A stretch of DNA of 55,304 nt from Balneolaceae bacterium (GTDB lineage Bacteria > Bacteroidota > Rhodothermia > Balneolales > Balneolaceae), in assembly GCA_016937115.1 (NCBI GenBank), contig JAFGWN010000186.1, positions 1 to 55,304 on the forward strand, read 5' to 3'. This document shows, one piece after another, positions 1 through 8,195 of the stretch. Position 1 is the stretch's first letter; every line of letters starts with the position of its first letter. The notes under the pieces were generated by a model that worked only from the letters and a program-made list of their open reading frames with translations, ran no database searches and was not told the origin of the DNA. A program made the position numbers and the translations under genes.

Positions 1-56
1 GCATGAGGAGGTGAGCAAAGATATTGAAATAAGCATCTTGTCACCTTGGGTACTGT

Positions 57-134
57 CTTGTCATCCCGGACTTGATCCGGGATCTGTGATTGTTGCATAA
101 ATTTTAGATCCTGAGACAAGTTAAGGATGACAAG
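57..134. repeat. Inverted pair of REP-like 28-nt palindromic elements
   Basis: 57-84 reads CTTGTCATCCCGGACTTGATCCGGGATC, with an 8-bp stem ATCCCGGA/TCCGGGAT. The reverse complement of 107-134 reads CTTGTCATCCTTAACTTGTCTCAGGATC, about 20/28 identical by eye. A closer copy lies at 41860-41887. Confidence 0.55.
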
Positions 135-137
135 TCT

Positions 138-172
138 AAAAAAAGCCGAGCCCTGTTAAAAGAGCCCGGCTT
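138..172 (-). terminator. Rho-independent terminator of the tricorn-like protease gene
   Basis: The minus-strand RNA reads GCCGGGCUC-UUUUAACAG-GGGCUCGGC, a 9-bp stem including two G.U pairs, followed by UUUUUUU. It lies about 25 nt after the stop at 197. Confidence 0.7.
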
Positions 173-196
173 CTAATATATATTGTCTTTCTAAAT

Positions 197-3100
197 CTAT
201 CCATCTGAACCTGAATTATCCGGACGTTTAACACGGACCGGGTCTTCCGGCTGCGGTACAATCATGTCGGGTGTCTCTTCGAGCAGCTCCATTGCTTTTT
301 CAACAGCGCGTTCCAGTTGGGGGTCACCTCCGTTGATAACAGCTTTTGGCGTCATCTCCACTTTGATATCGGGTTCTACACCTTCATTTTCAACGGCCCA
401 TTCACCATCCAGATTATAGAAGCCGCCGCGCGGAGCCGTAATACCACCCCCGTCGATGAGGGGAGGCGTATCCCAAATGCCAACCAGTCCACCCCAGGTA
501 GTGCGGCCCACCAGCGGACCGATATTTTCTTTCTTAAACATGTAGGGAAGATAATCGCCGCCCGAACCGGCCGATTCATTGATGATCATTACTTTAGGTC
601 CCCAGATGCCCGCGCCCGGAGAGGGGAACGGGGTATTATCGCCCACCGGATTATTGAAAAATCCGTGGAGCTCGCGGCTCATAATATCAATCATGTAGTC
701 GGCCGCAGAGCCACCGCCGTTAAAGCGCTCGTCGATAACCGCACCTTTTTTATCCTGCTGGGCAAAATAATAACGGTTAAAATAGTCGTAACCGGCATTC
801 GATGTATTGGGTAACCAGACGTAGGCCAGTTTTCCATTCGACATTTCGTTCACTTTGCGGCGGTTACTTTCCACCCAGGCGCGCGACCTAAGTGCCCCTT
901 CATCGTCTACAGGGACGACCGTTACATCTTCGGCACCATCCAGCGAAGGCTCATCATTTACGGTGATGACGGTCTGCCGCTCGGCCTGTCCGGCAAACAG
1001 ACTGTACGGGTTCATATCGGCCGTAAGTTCGTTGCCGTTTACGGCCAACAGATAATCGCCTTCCTGCACGTCGATGCCCGGAGCACGCAGTGGTGCACGG
1101 AGATTAGGATTCCAGTTTTCGCCGTTATAAATACGCTTGATGCGATAGCGGCCATTGGTGATTTCAAGATCGGCACCCAACAGTCCGATGGAAACGTTGT
1201 CAACATCCGGCTCATCACCGCCGCCGGTAAAAGAGTGACCGACTGACAGCTCGCCACCGAGAATATCAAGCAGGTAGGTCAGATCGGAGCGGTGGCGTAC
1301 GTGATCAACCCAAGGGGAGTATTTTTTGTAAACGGCATCCCAGTCAGCCCCGTGCAGGTTTTCCACGTAAAAGTAGTCGCGTTCGAAGCGCCATGCTTCA
1401 TCAAATATTTGTCGCCACTCTTTTTGCGGATCAAGCTTCATCCGCAGATTGGTATTCAGTTTACCATTGCCGATCTCAGCGGGTTTTTTAGTTGGAACTA
1501 CACCCCAGGTATCCCCGGATTGATAGAGCAGTTTTTTGCCGTCGTGAGAAAGCGTATAATACTGCAATGGAGCCATAAAGTGTTCGGTTTTCCGCTCCTT
1601 GAGGGTATACTTGTGCAGCGTGATTCCAGGCTGATTTTCAACAAGTTCACCATAAAAAAGCTGGCCTTTTTGTCCGGCATTGAGTTCGATGTAATTGCGT
1701 TCGGGCACATCCAGGGAAAGGATACGCTGGTCGATGCCGTTGAAATCGATGGTGACTTCCGTATTTTTCGGTTCTTCTTCCTTGTCTCCGGCATCCCCCT
1801 CACCATTTTCCGTTTTAACCTTTTCTTCATCGCTTTCGGGCAACAGGGGTGATGGCTGTTGATCTTTAAGCACGGCAAAATAGATGCCGCGTTCTACCGG
1901 ACGATCGTAAGAGCTCATGTCAAGCCAACCGGTGTTAAGCGCAAAGTTCGTGCTGGCCAGGAAAAAGAGATAATCACCGCTGGCATCCCAGGCCGGTGAG
2001 ATGGCATCCGAGAGGCCGTCGGTGATTTGATACGCTTGATCTTCTTCCAGTGAATAGGCCTTAATGACGTGGAACTGGTTCTCCAGCCGTTTGGAATAAG
2101 CAATCCATTTGGAGTCGGGCGACCATTCCGGGTCGAGCGTCCGCTGCGGATGGGCGTACGTATCGTTATCAATCCTGGTGAGGTCGCCGGATGCTACATC
2201 CACGTAATAGAGGTTCAATCCTTCATCTGTGAACAGGATTTTTTCGGAGTCGGGCGACCATGCCGTACGATAGAAAAACGTAGGATTAGGTATATTAATG
2301 GCGCGTGGCTTGTCCATGCCGTCCTGCGAACCGATCATTAGCTGATATTCACCGCTTTTGTCAGAGAACCAGGCAATGTGTTGGCCATCGGGGCTCCACG
2401 ACGGGTGGCGGTCGGCGGCGCCCGAGCTGTTGGTTAAATTGCGGTAGTCGCCTTTGTCGGTTGGGATAGTGAAAATTTCACCCCGAGCCTGTACTACGGC
2501 ACGTACGCCGGTGGGTGAAAGTTCGGCATTGGTGATGCGATCGCCGACCTCTTCCCAGTGTGGACGCGCCCAGGGAAAGTCTCCGTTTACCGTGATTGAG
2601 ACTTTTTCGGGGCGGCCATTTTCCGGGTTGAGCTTGTAGATACTGCCGCCGTTTTCGTACACCAGCATACCATCTCCGGCGCTGAGCTCTTTAACATCGT
2701 ATTCGCTGTGGTGTGTAAGCTGCTGAAGCTCGTTTGAGGCGCGATCGTAACTGTACACATTCATAGCATAATCACGATCGGACATAAAATAGATTTTATC
2801 GCCCATCCACGAAGGGTTTTGATCGTTACTGCCATCCCAGGGCAGTTTGTCGATCGTGTAGTCGCTCATATCCATCACCCAGATCGGGCGATTTTGTCCG
2901 CCCCGGTAATTGCGCCATTCTTCATCGCTTTGATCAACTTGTTGATAGGCGAAATAGTTGCCATCGGGCGAATAGTCACCGCGGTGCCCGCGCGGAATGG
3001 GCAGCGCTTCGGGGAAAGTGCCTTCGCGGGTTACTTTCCAGAACTTGCCGACCGATACGGGAGCGCCGGTTCGGGAAGATTCGAAAATAACGTATTGGCC

Positions 3101-3451
3101 ATCCGGGCTCCAGCCGCGTACCACGTCGTTATCGGGGTGCCAGGTAAGACGTTTGGGTTCGCCGCCTTCCGTTGGCACTATGTAAACATCCGTGTTGCCG
3201 TCGTACTGGCCGGTAAAAGCAACCATGCTGCCATCCGGTGAAAAGTTCGGATGCGTTTCGGAACCCTGGAACGAGGTGAGACGCTCTGCTTCACCTCCAT
3301 CACTGCTTACCACCCAGAGATCATTGCCGTACGCAAAGACAATTTGATTGTTGCTGATATCGGGCTGGCGAACCAGCTTGGTTTCCTGAGCGAAAAGCGA
3401 TTGAGTTATAAAGGTGAGAAAAAGGAGTAGAATTGGTAAACGAAAGCTCAT
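197..3451 (-). CDS. Tricorn protease homolog (TolB-like beta-propellers + PDZ + S41 peptidase), secreted
   Basis: 1084-aa ORF with an ATG start and signal peptide (LFLTFITQSLFAQ). The N-terminus (PDISNNQIVFAYGNDLWVVSSDGGEAERLT...SPDGSMVAF) shows repeated SPDG propeller motifs. The C-terminus has S41-type NESAGSGGD and TWGG motifs. Confidence 0.9.
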   Translation of the reverse strand: MSFRLPILLLFLTFITQSLFAQETKLVRQPDISNNQIVFAYGNDLWVVSSDGGEAERLTSFQGSETHPNFSPDGSMVAFTGQYDGNTDVYIVPTEGGEPKRLTWHPDNDVVRGWSPDGQYVIFESSRTGAPVSVGKFWKVTREGTFPEALPIPRGHRGDYSPDGNYFAYQQVDQSDEEWRNYRGGQNRPIWVMDMSDYTIDKLPWDGSNDQNPSWMGDKIYFMSDRDYAMNVYSYDRASNELQQLTHHSEYDVKELSAGDGMLVYENGGSIYKLNPENGRPEKVSITVNGDFPWARPHWEEVGDRITNAELSPTGVRAVVQARGEIFTIPTDKGDYRNLTNSSGAADRHPSWSPDGQHIAWFSDKSGEYQLMIGSQDGMDKPRAINIPNPTFFYRTAWSPDSEKILFTDEGLNLYYVDVASGDLTRIDNDTYAHPQRTLDPEWSPDSKWIAYSKRLENQFHVIKAYSLEEDQAYQITDGLSDAISPAWDASGDYLFFLASTNFALNTGWLDMSSYDRPVERGIYFAVLKDQQPSPLLPESDEEKVKTENGEGDAGDKEEEPKNTEVTIDFNGIDQRILSLDVPERNYIELNAGQKGQLFYGELVENQPGITLHKYTLKERKTEHFMAPLQYYTLSHDGKKLLYQSGDTWGVVPTKKPAEIGNGKLNTNLRMKLDPQKEWRQIFDEAWRFERDYFYVENLHGADWDAVYKKYSPWVDHVRHRSDLTYLLDILGGELSVGHSFTGGGDEPDVDNVSIGLLGADLEITNGRYRIKRIYNGENWNPNLRAPLRAPGIDVQEGDYLLAVNGNELTADMNPYSLFAGQAERQTVITVNDEPSLDGAEDVTVVPVDDEGALRSRAWVESNRRKVNEMSNGKLAYVWLPNTSNAGYDYFNRYYFAQQDKKGAVIDERFNGGGSAADYMIDIMSRELHGFFNNPVGDNTPFPSPGAGIWGPKVMIINESAGSGGDYLPYMFKKENIGPLVGRTTWGGLVGIWDTPPLIDGGGITAPRGGFYNLDGEWAVENEGVEPDIKVEMTPKAVINGGDPQLERAVEKAMELLEETPDMIVPQPEDPVRVKRPDNSGSDG

Positions 3452-3560
3452 AATGTGTTCCCCGATAATTTAGATTCGCGTGTATCGTGATCATTTTTAT
3501 GGTAATAAAACCAGCGTAATAATCGAACTCTTTTTTAAACTTTATACATAACTGCAGTAC

Positions 3561-4493
3561 TTACCCTCCCAGCGTGGTGCTGGAGTACGATTCATCAATG
3601 GTTGATTCCCTTTTCCGTCGGGCTCTTTCATCAATGACCTGAATGAGGATAGCACCTCCGACAATAAATACGGCCGATAAAATTTCCAGTGCGGTGGGAT
3701 TTTCACCAATGCTTAACCAAGCGATGAGCAAAGCTGCAACAGGTACCATATTCCCATAAAGTACAACTTGCGTAGGCCCAAGCTTATGCAGCGCCCGTAC
3801 TTTAACCCACTGTCCCAGTCCTACCCCGATGCCGCCACCTGCAAGAATGGCAACCCAGGTCCAAAAGCCGAGCGAAAACCAAGGTTGGTCAACTAAAGAC
3901 GGAGTGGCGATAAGCAGATAAAACAGCCCTCCGATCACAGTACGAAGGGTTACGATAAAGGCCGATCCGTATTTTTGCGCCAGCGGTTTAATGAGGTGCA
4001 GTTCTATTACGGTAAGTGCCAATGCGGTAAAGAGGAGCAGGTCGCCGAGCCAGTAGGCATTTTCGGGCTGTAGCCCGTCGATAGCTAAAATAAGTGTGCC
4101 GGCTCCGGCCAGAATCACCCCGGCGTAGCCGTATTTTCCCATCTCTTCAGTACTTAACAAATATCCGAACCCCGTGCTGAGTGCCGGGCCCAATGCCAGC
4201 CATAGTGATGCGCGGGCACCGTGGGTAAGCCCCAGCCCTTCGATTCCAAGCCAGGGTGCAAAGGTTGCACCGATTAGCGAGACGAGCAGCAGACGTCCCC
4301 AATCTTTTTTTTCTATGAGCCCAAAAAACTGAAAAGAGTTCTGCCGATAGCATTGGTAGTAATAAACTAAAAACATGGCAATGCCACCCATGGCAAATCG
4401 GGCTACACTAAAGGAGATCGGGCTCATCTCTTTGAGTGCAATTTCGGCCAGTATAAAGTTGGCACCCCAGAGAAAAGTAAAAAATAAAAGCAA
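3561..4493 (-). CDS. EamA/DMT-family transporter
   Basis: 310-aa polytopic membrane ORF with about 10 hydrophobic helices and the WGANF motif near the N-terminus that is typical of EamA repeats. The start codon is TTG; there is no upstream in-frame ATG. Confidence 0.8.
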   Translation of the reverse strand: MLLFFTFLWGANFILAEIALKEMSPISFSVARFAMGGIAMFLVYYYQCYRQNSFQFFGLIEKKDWGRLLLVSLIGATFAPWLGIEGLGLTHGARASLWLALGPALSTGFGYLLSTEEMGKYGYAGVILAGAGTLILAIDGLQPENAYWLGDLLLFTALALTVIELHLIKPLAQKYGSAFIVTLRTVIGGLFYLLIATPSLVDQPWFSLGFWTWVAILAGGGIGVGLGQWVKVRALHKLGPTQVVLYGNMVPVAALLIAWLSIGENPTALEILSAVFIVGGAILIQVIDERARRKRESTIDESYSSTTLGG

Positions 4494-4563
4494 GCCATGA
4501 TGCGATACCGATCCATCATGGCTTGCGGTAGTATGCGATTGATTTTTTTGGATAAGTAGCTTG

Positions 4564-5160
4564 TTATGCTTCTATAGTGACAGGTACTTTCGTCTTATTC
4601 CAGTGGAGAACCATGTCGGCTGTGTTGTTTCCAAGGTTTTCAAAATAGATCATAAACCATTCCATCATGGGGCCTTGTTCGGGTTGAACTTCAACACGAA
4701 GCACGTCTTTTGATTCATCATATTCGGTACCCCACGATTGTTTGGAGTTAAAAATAACGGTCCAAGTGTTTTCTCCCGGAATAGTATAGAGCGAATATGT
4801 ACCGGCTTTAAGCTCTTTGCCTTCTACGGTAACATCATTGGAAAAGGTTACGGCTGTTGCTTCATTGGCACCCGTTCTCCAAACTTCACCGTAGGCTTCG
4901 AGATCTCCAAAAATGGTACGTCCCTTAACACCGGGTCGGCCATAGGTAACCACTACTTGCGTTGTTCCGATTGTCTGGCTTACGGCTGCATTGGGGCTTG
5001 GGCGGGCTTCCTTATTTTCCCGATCGTGATTTGAACCAAATGTAACCGACACAGATTGATCGTTCGCTTCATTATCGTTGCCACTATTCTGGCTTTGTGC
5101 ACATCCAAAGCTGAGGCCTACGACAAGTGCGACAGTCAATAACTTCGATAGAGTTTTCAT
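4564..5160 (-). CDS. DUF2911 domain protein, probable lipoprotein
   Basis: 198 aa with a signal peptide ending LSFGC. The core VTYGRPGVKGRTIFGDLEAYGEVWRTGANEATAVTFSNDV...GTYSLYTIP matches my recollection of the DUF2911 family. Confidence 0.7.
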   Translation of the reverse strand: MKTLSKLLTVALVVGLSFGCAQSQNSGNDNEANDQSVSVTFGSNHDRENKEARPSPNAAVSQTIGTTQVVVTYGRPGVKGRTIFGDLEAYGEVWRTGANEATAVTFSNDVTVEGKELKAGTYSLYTIPGENTWTVIFNSKQSWGTEYDESKDVLRVEVQPEQGPMMEWFMIYFENLGNNTADMVLHWNKTKVPVTIEA

Positions 5161-5228
5161 AACAGTAAAGTTGATTAAAGTTTATCATTAATGGGATACA
5201 TAAACATAACAAAGATTAATGCAATCAA

Positions 5229-6365
5229 TTACTTATTTGCAAATAATGATTCATCTATTCCCGGAATAATTTTTAACGCGTTTTTATAATACACTTTTTT
5301 AAGTACTTCGTCAGGTAAATTCAGCCCGTACATTTTCCAGAACGCGTGCCGCTTGCGATAGTAGTCGAAGTATTCATCGGCGGTTTCAAGCACCCTGAAA
5401 TAGACATAATACTCTTTCGGCCGCCATGTGTCTTTCCCGAACATCACCCGATCCTGATATTCAATAAACCACTTGCGCGCAAACCGGGGCTGCCGACCCA
5501 GTTCAGCCAGAACTGCGGCAATTTCGGTGTAAACATTGGGATACGTATCCAGCAACTTACCCAGCCGGGCCAGGTCGTTGCCCATCCAGCCCAAGTGGGC
5601 ATTAATAAAAGTGGTATTAGGGTGATTTTCAAATACCTGCCACTGTTCACTCATCACCTTCTCCCACGAGGGATATTTATCGGGATTCCGATGGCGGTTG
5701 GGAAACTGTTTCATCTCCAGCCAGCGTTCATTGTGTTTGTCGATGGGAGCCCAGAAGACCGCCGGTTCACCGGTGTGGATTAGTACAGGGATACCCAGCT
5801 CACCACATTTTTCCCAAATAGGTGCCATGCGCGGATCGTCAACGGGCACGCGGTTGCCTTGGCTGTCTTTTACGGTAAGGCCCAGGTTTTTATAGATTTT
5901 TAGCCCGCGTGCGCCGTTTTTGTAATCTTGCTCAAGCTGTGCGACAGTACGCTCGGTCCAGCCGGGTTCTCCTATGTTGTCAAAGTCGATGTTGGCAAAG
6001 ACAATAAATCGTCCGGGGGCATGCTGTTGGATATTTTGTACAGCATGTTTTAGGGTTTCACCGCTGCGGCCGCTAAGGTTCACCATCACAGCCATATTCA
6101 GTGAGTCCATTGCTGTCGCTGTGGCAGCCAAATCCTGCTCCGGCATTCGCCACTGGTGATTGTGGACGTCGATAAACGGATATTTGGCTTTTGTTACGTT
6201 GTGTTCGGGAACCACCAGCGTAGATTTCGGATCATACTCTTCGAAGGTCATGGTGGTGTCGGTCTGGGCTGATGTATAGGTGGGTAGCAGAAAGAGAATG
6301 GCGGGTAATCCCATAAGAATGGAGATTATCGCTTTAAAACATCGTTGGAAGAAAGCCCGGTTCAT
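5229..6365 (-). CDS. Secreted amidohydrolase-family (metal-dependent hydrolase) protein
   Basis: The ORF track starts at 6455, but the internal ATG at 6365 (MNRAFFQRCF...) gives a normal signal peptide (LLPTYTSAQ). PFIDVHNHQW and downstream His/Asp residues fit the amidohydrolase_2 family. Confidence 0.75.
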   Translation of the reverse strand: MNRAFFQRCFKAIISILMGLPAILFLLPTYTSAQTDTTMTFEEYDPKSTLVVPEHNVTKAKYPFIDVHNHQWRMPEQDLAATATAMDSLNMAVMVNLSGRSGETLKHAVQNIQQHAPGRFIVFANIDFDNIGEPGWTERTVAQLEQDYKNGARGLKIYKNLGLTVKDSQGNRVPVDDPRMAPIWEKCGELGIPVLIHTGEPAVFWAPIDKHNERWLEMKQFPNRHRNPDKYPSWEKVMSEQWQVFENHPNTTFINAHLGWMGNDLARLGKLLDTYPNVYTEIAAVLAELGRQPRFARKWFIEYQDRVMFGKDTWRPKEYYVYFRVLETADEYFDYYRKRHAFWKMYGLNLPDEVLKKVYYKNALKIIPGIDESLFANK

Positions 6366-6629
6366 TTTTTTCAATATATGTGATAGGTGCTGTCCGTGAA
6401 GGTAAATATGTAGTCTTATTATCATTTTGAATGATAATAAAAGAATCATTTTCATCGATATTTATTTACAATATTTCACAGCAATATCTTTAATAGTTGC
6501 TTTTAGCACAAAATTCTGCCTTATTTTTATGCAAGCAGAGCAAGTAAATTAGTTTAGTGTTGAAACATCTTTGCGGATATAATGTTGGATGAGGTGGGAA
6601 ATATCATTGCTAATTATAAAACGATATAA

Positions 6630-8144
6630 ATGAGTGGGAAAAGCTATTTTGGTCAGATAAAAGAGCAATTTTTTGATATTAAGAAAGGAGAGTGGCCTCG
6701 GGCACTGGCATTATCATTCTTCTTCTTTTTAGTTATTGCCGTTTTTTGGGTTTTAAAGCCGATCAAAAAAGGCGCGCTTATCAGCTTTTACAAAGAAACG
6801 CCTTTACAACTGTTTGGTTTCACATTTGGTGGTGCCGAAGTGGAACAGCTTGCCAAGGTGGTAAATATGATTGTCGTTTTTGGCGTGGTGGTGCTTTTTA
6901 CCATGCTAATACGGCGATTTAAGCGGCAGCAGGTGGTTTACATCTTCTGCGGGTTGATTAGTATTTGCCTCGTTTATTTTGGATTTGTGATGGTAAACCC
7001 GGGTGCTACAGAAGCGTGGACGTTTTACGTGTTCGGTGATATTTTTAATTCCATTATGGTGGCGACATTCTGGGCATTTGCCAATGATGTGAACAGCCCC
7101 GGAGAGTCGAAACGATTGTACGGTATTATTGGGCTTGGAGGCGTCGTTGGTGGTTTTTTTGGTGCAACCTTTGTAAGTGCGCTGGTTGATGTTGAAAATG
7201 CGAAGGAACTGATAGCCAGCTCTGCCGGAGAGCTTAATCTGGCAGAACAGATGCAAAGCGGATTTATTGAGTTTGTTTTCCCGGTATATCAGCAAATTTT
7301 GGCATTCAGCGGCTGGTTGAATCAACAGTTTGGATTTACCGGGCTGGAAGATCAAATGCTGGGGCGGCAGGGGCTGCTCTTACTCTGTATAGTGGCAATG
7401 GCTATTATTGCAGTACTGGCATTTTATGTAAATGCGCGCGTTACAAATGATGGAGAGAATCCTGAAGATCGAAAAGAAGAAAGTAAAGAAGGTAGAAAAA
7501 CAGTTAGCGCTGCTCTTGAGGGAGCAAAACTCGTATTTAGTTCCAAATATCTGTTGGCCATTCTGGGCATTATCGGTTTCTATGAGATCATTTCAAATAT
7601 TATTGAATTCCAGCTGTCGGCCTCGGTTGAGATGTCGGCAATGCAGGGGACGGAGATCGACTCATTCTTTGGTACGTACGGCTTGTTGATTGGGCTGGTG
7701 TCAATTTCGGTACAACTTTTTGCTACCCCGTATGTGATGAATAAGAAAAGTGTGGGGGCCGCTCTGTTGATCTTGCCTATTCTCGATTTTATTCTTTCCA
7801 TCGGTTTTCTCGCAGTCCCGGTTTTATGGGTAGCTGCGGCGTTGTCAATCACCGATAATTCGCTGTACTACTCGATCACGCAATCGGCGAAAGAATCATT
7901 GTATACCCCTACATCACGCGATGCCAAATATAAGGCCAAGGCTTTCATCGATATGTTCGGGCAGCGGGCCGCCAAAGTTATAGCCGTTGTATTGAATCTT
8001 ATTGTAGCTGCTTATGTTGGAATCGAAAATGTACAGTGGCTGTCGATCGCTTCCATTGCTATTCTGGCCGGGTACTTTGTAGTAGTTCGTTACGCAGGGA
8101 AAGAGTTCAAGAATCGTGCTTCAGAAGATAAAGCAACAGCATAA
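6630..8144 (+). CDS. TLC / ATP:ADP antiporter-family (Npt-like) membrane transporter
   Basis: 504-aa polytopic protein. The N-terminus KKGEWPRALALSFFFFLVIAVFWVLKPIKK and the segment YVFGDIFNSIMVATFWAFANDVNSPGESKRLYGIIGLGG resemble the conserved TLC-family signature regions. Confidence 0.7.
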   Translation: MSGKSYFGQIKEQFFDIKKGEWPRALALSFFFFLVIAVFWVLKPIKKGALISFYKETPLQLFGFTFGGAEVEQLAKVVNMIVVFGVVVLFTMLIRRFKRQQVVYIFCGLISICLVYFGFVMVNPGATEAWTFYVFGDIFNSIMVATFWAFANDVNSPGESKRLYGIIGLGGVVGGFFGATFVSALVDVENAKELIASSAGELNLAEQMQSGFIEFVFPVYQQILAFSGWLNQQFGFTGLEDQMLGRQGLLLLCIVAMAIIAVLAFYVNARVTNDGENPEDRKEESKEGRKTVSAALEGAKLVFSSKYLLAILGIIGFYEIISNIIEFQLSASVEMSAMQGTEIDSFFGTYGLLIGLVSISVQLFATPYVMNKKSVGAALLILPILDFILSIGFLAVPVLWVAAALSITDNSLYYSITQSAKESLYTPTSRDAKYKAKAFIDMFGQRAAKVIAVVLNLIVAAYVGIENVQWLSIASIAILAGYFVVVRYAGKEFKNRASEDKATA

Positions 8145-8195
8145 GCACGGAATAGTTAATGAAGCTGCAGTAGGAAATATTCAGTATTAAAATCC

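Noticed and set aside
317-3241. Multiple 60-190-aa ORFs on the plus strand and in alternative minus frames inside the tricorn-like protease gene (for example 317-814, 1292-1852, 2819-3241).
   Set aside because: They lie entirely inside a long, well-supported CDS. They have low-complexity or Arg/Gly-rich shadow-frame composition and no recognisable motifs, so they are typical antisense or off-frame artefacts.
5229-6455. An N-terminal 30-aa extension of the amidohydrolase ORF (MKMILLLSFKMIIRLHIYLHGQHLSHILKK).
   Set aside because: The extension precedes a normal signal peptide that begins at the internal Met (6365). A start at 6455 would bury the signal peptide.
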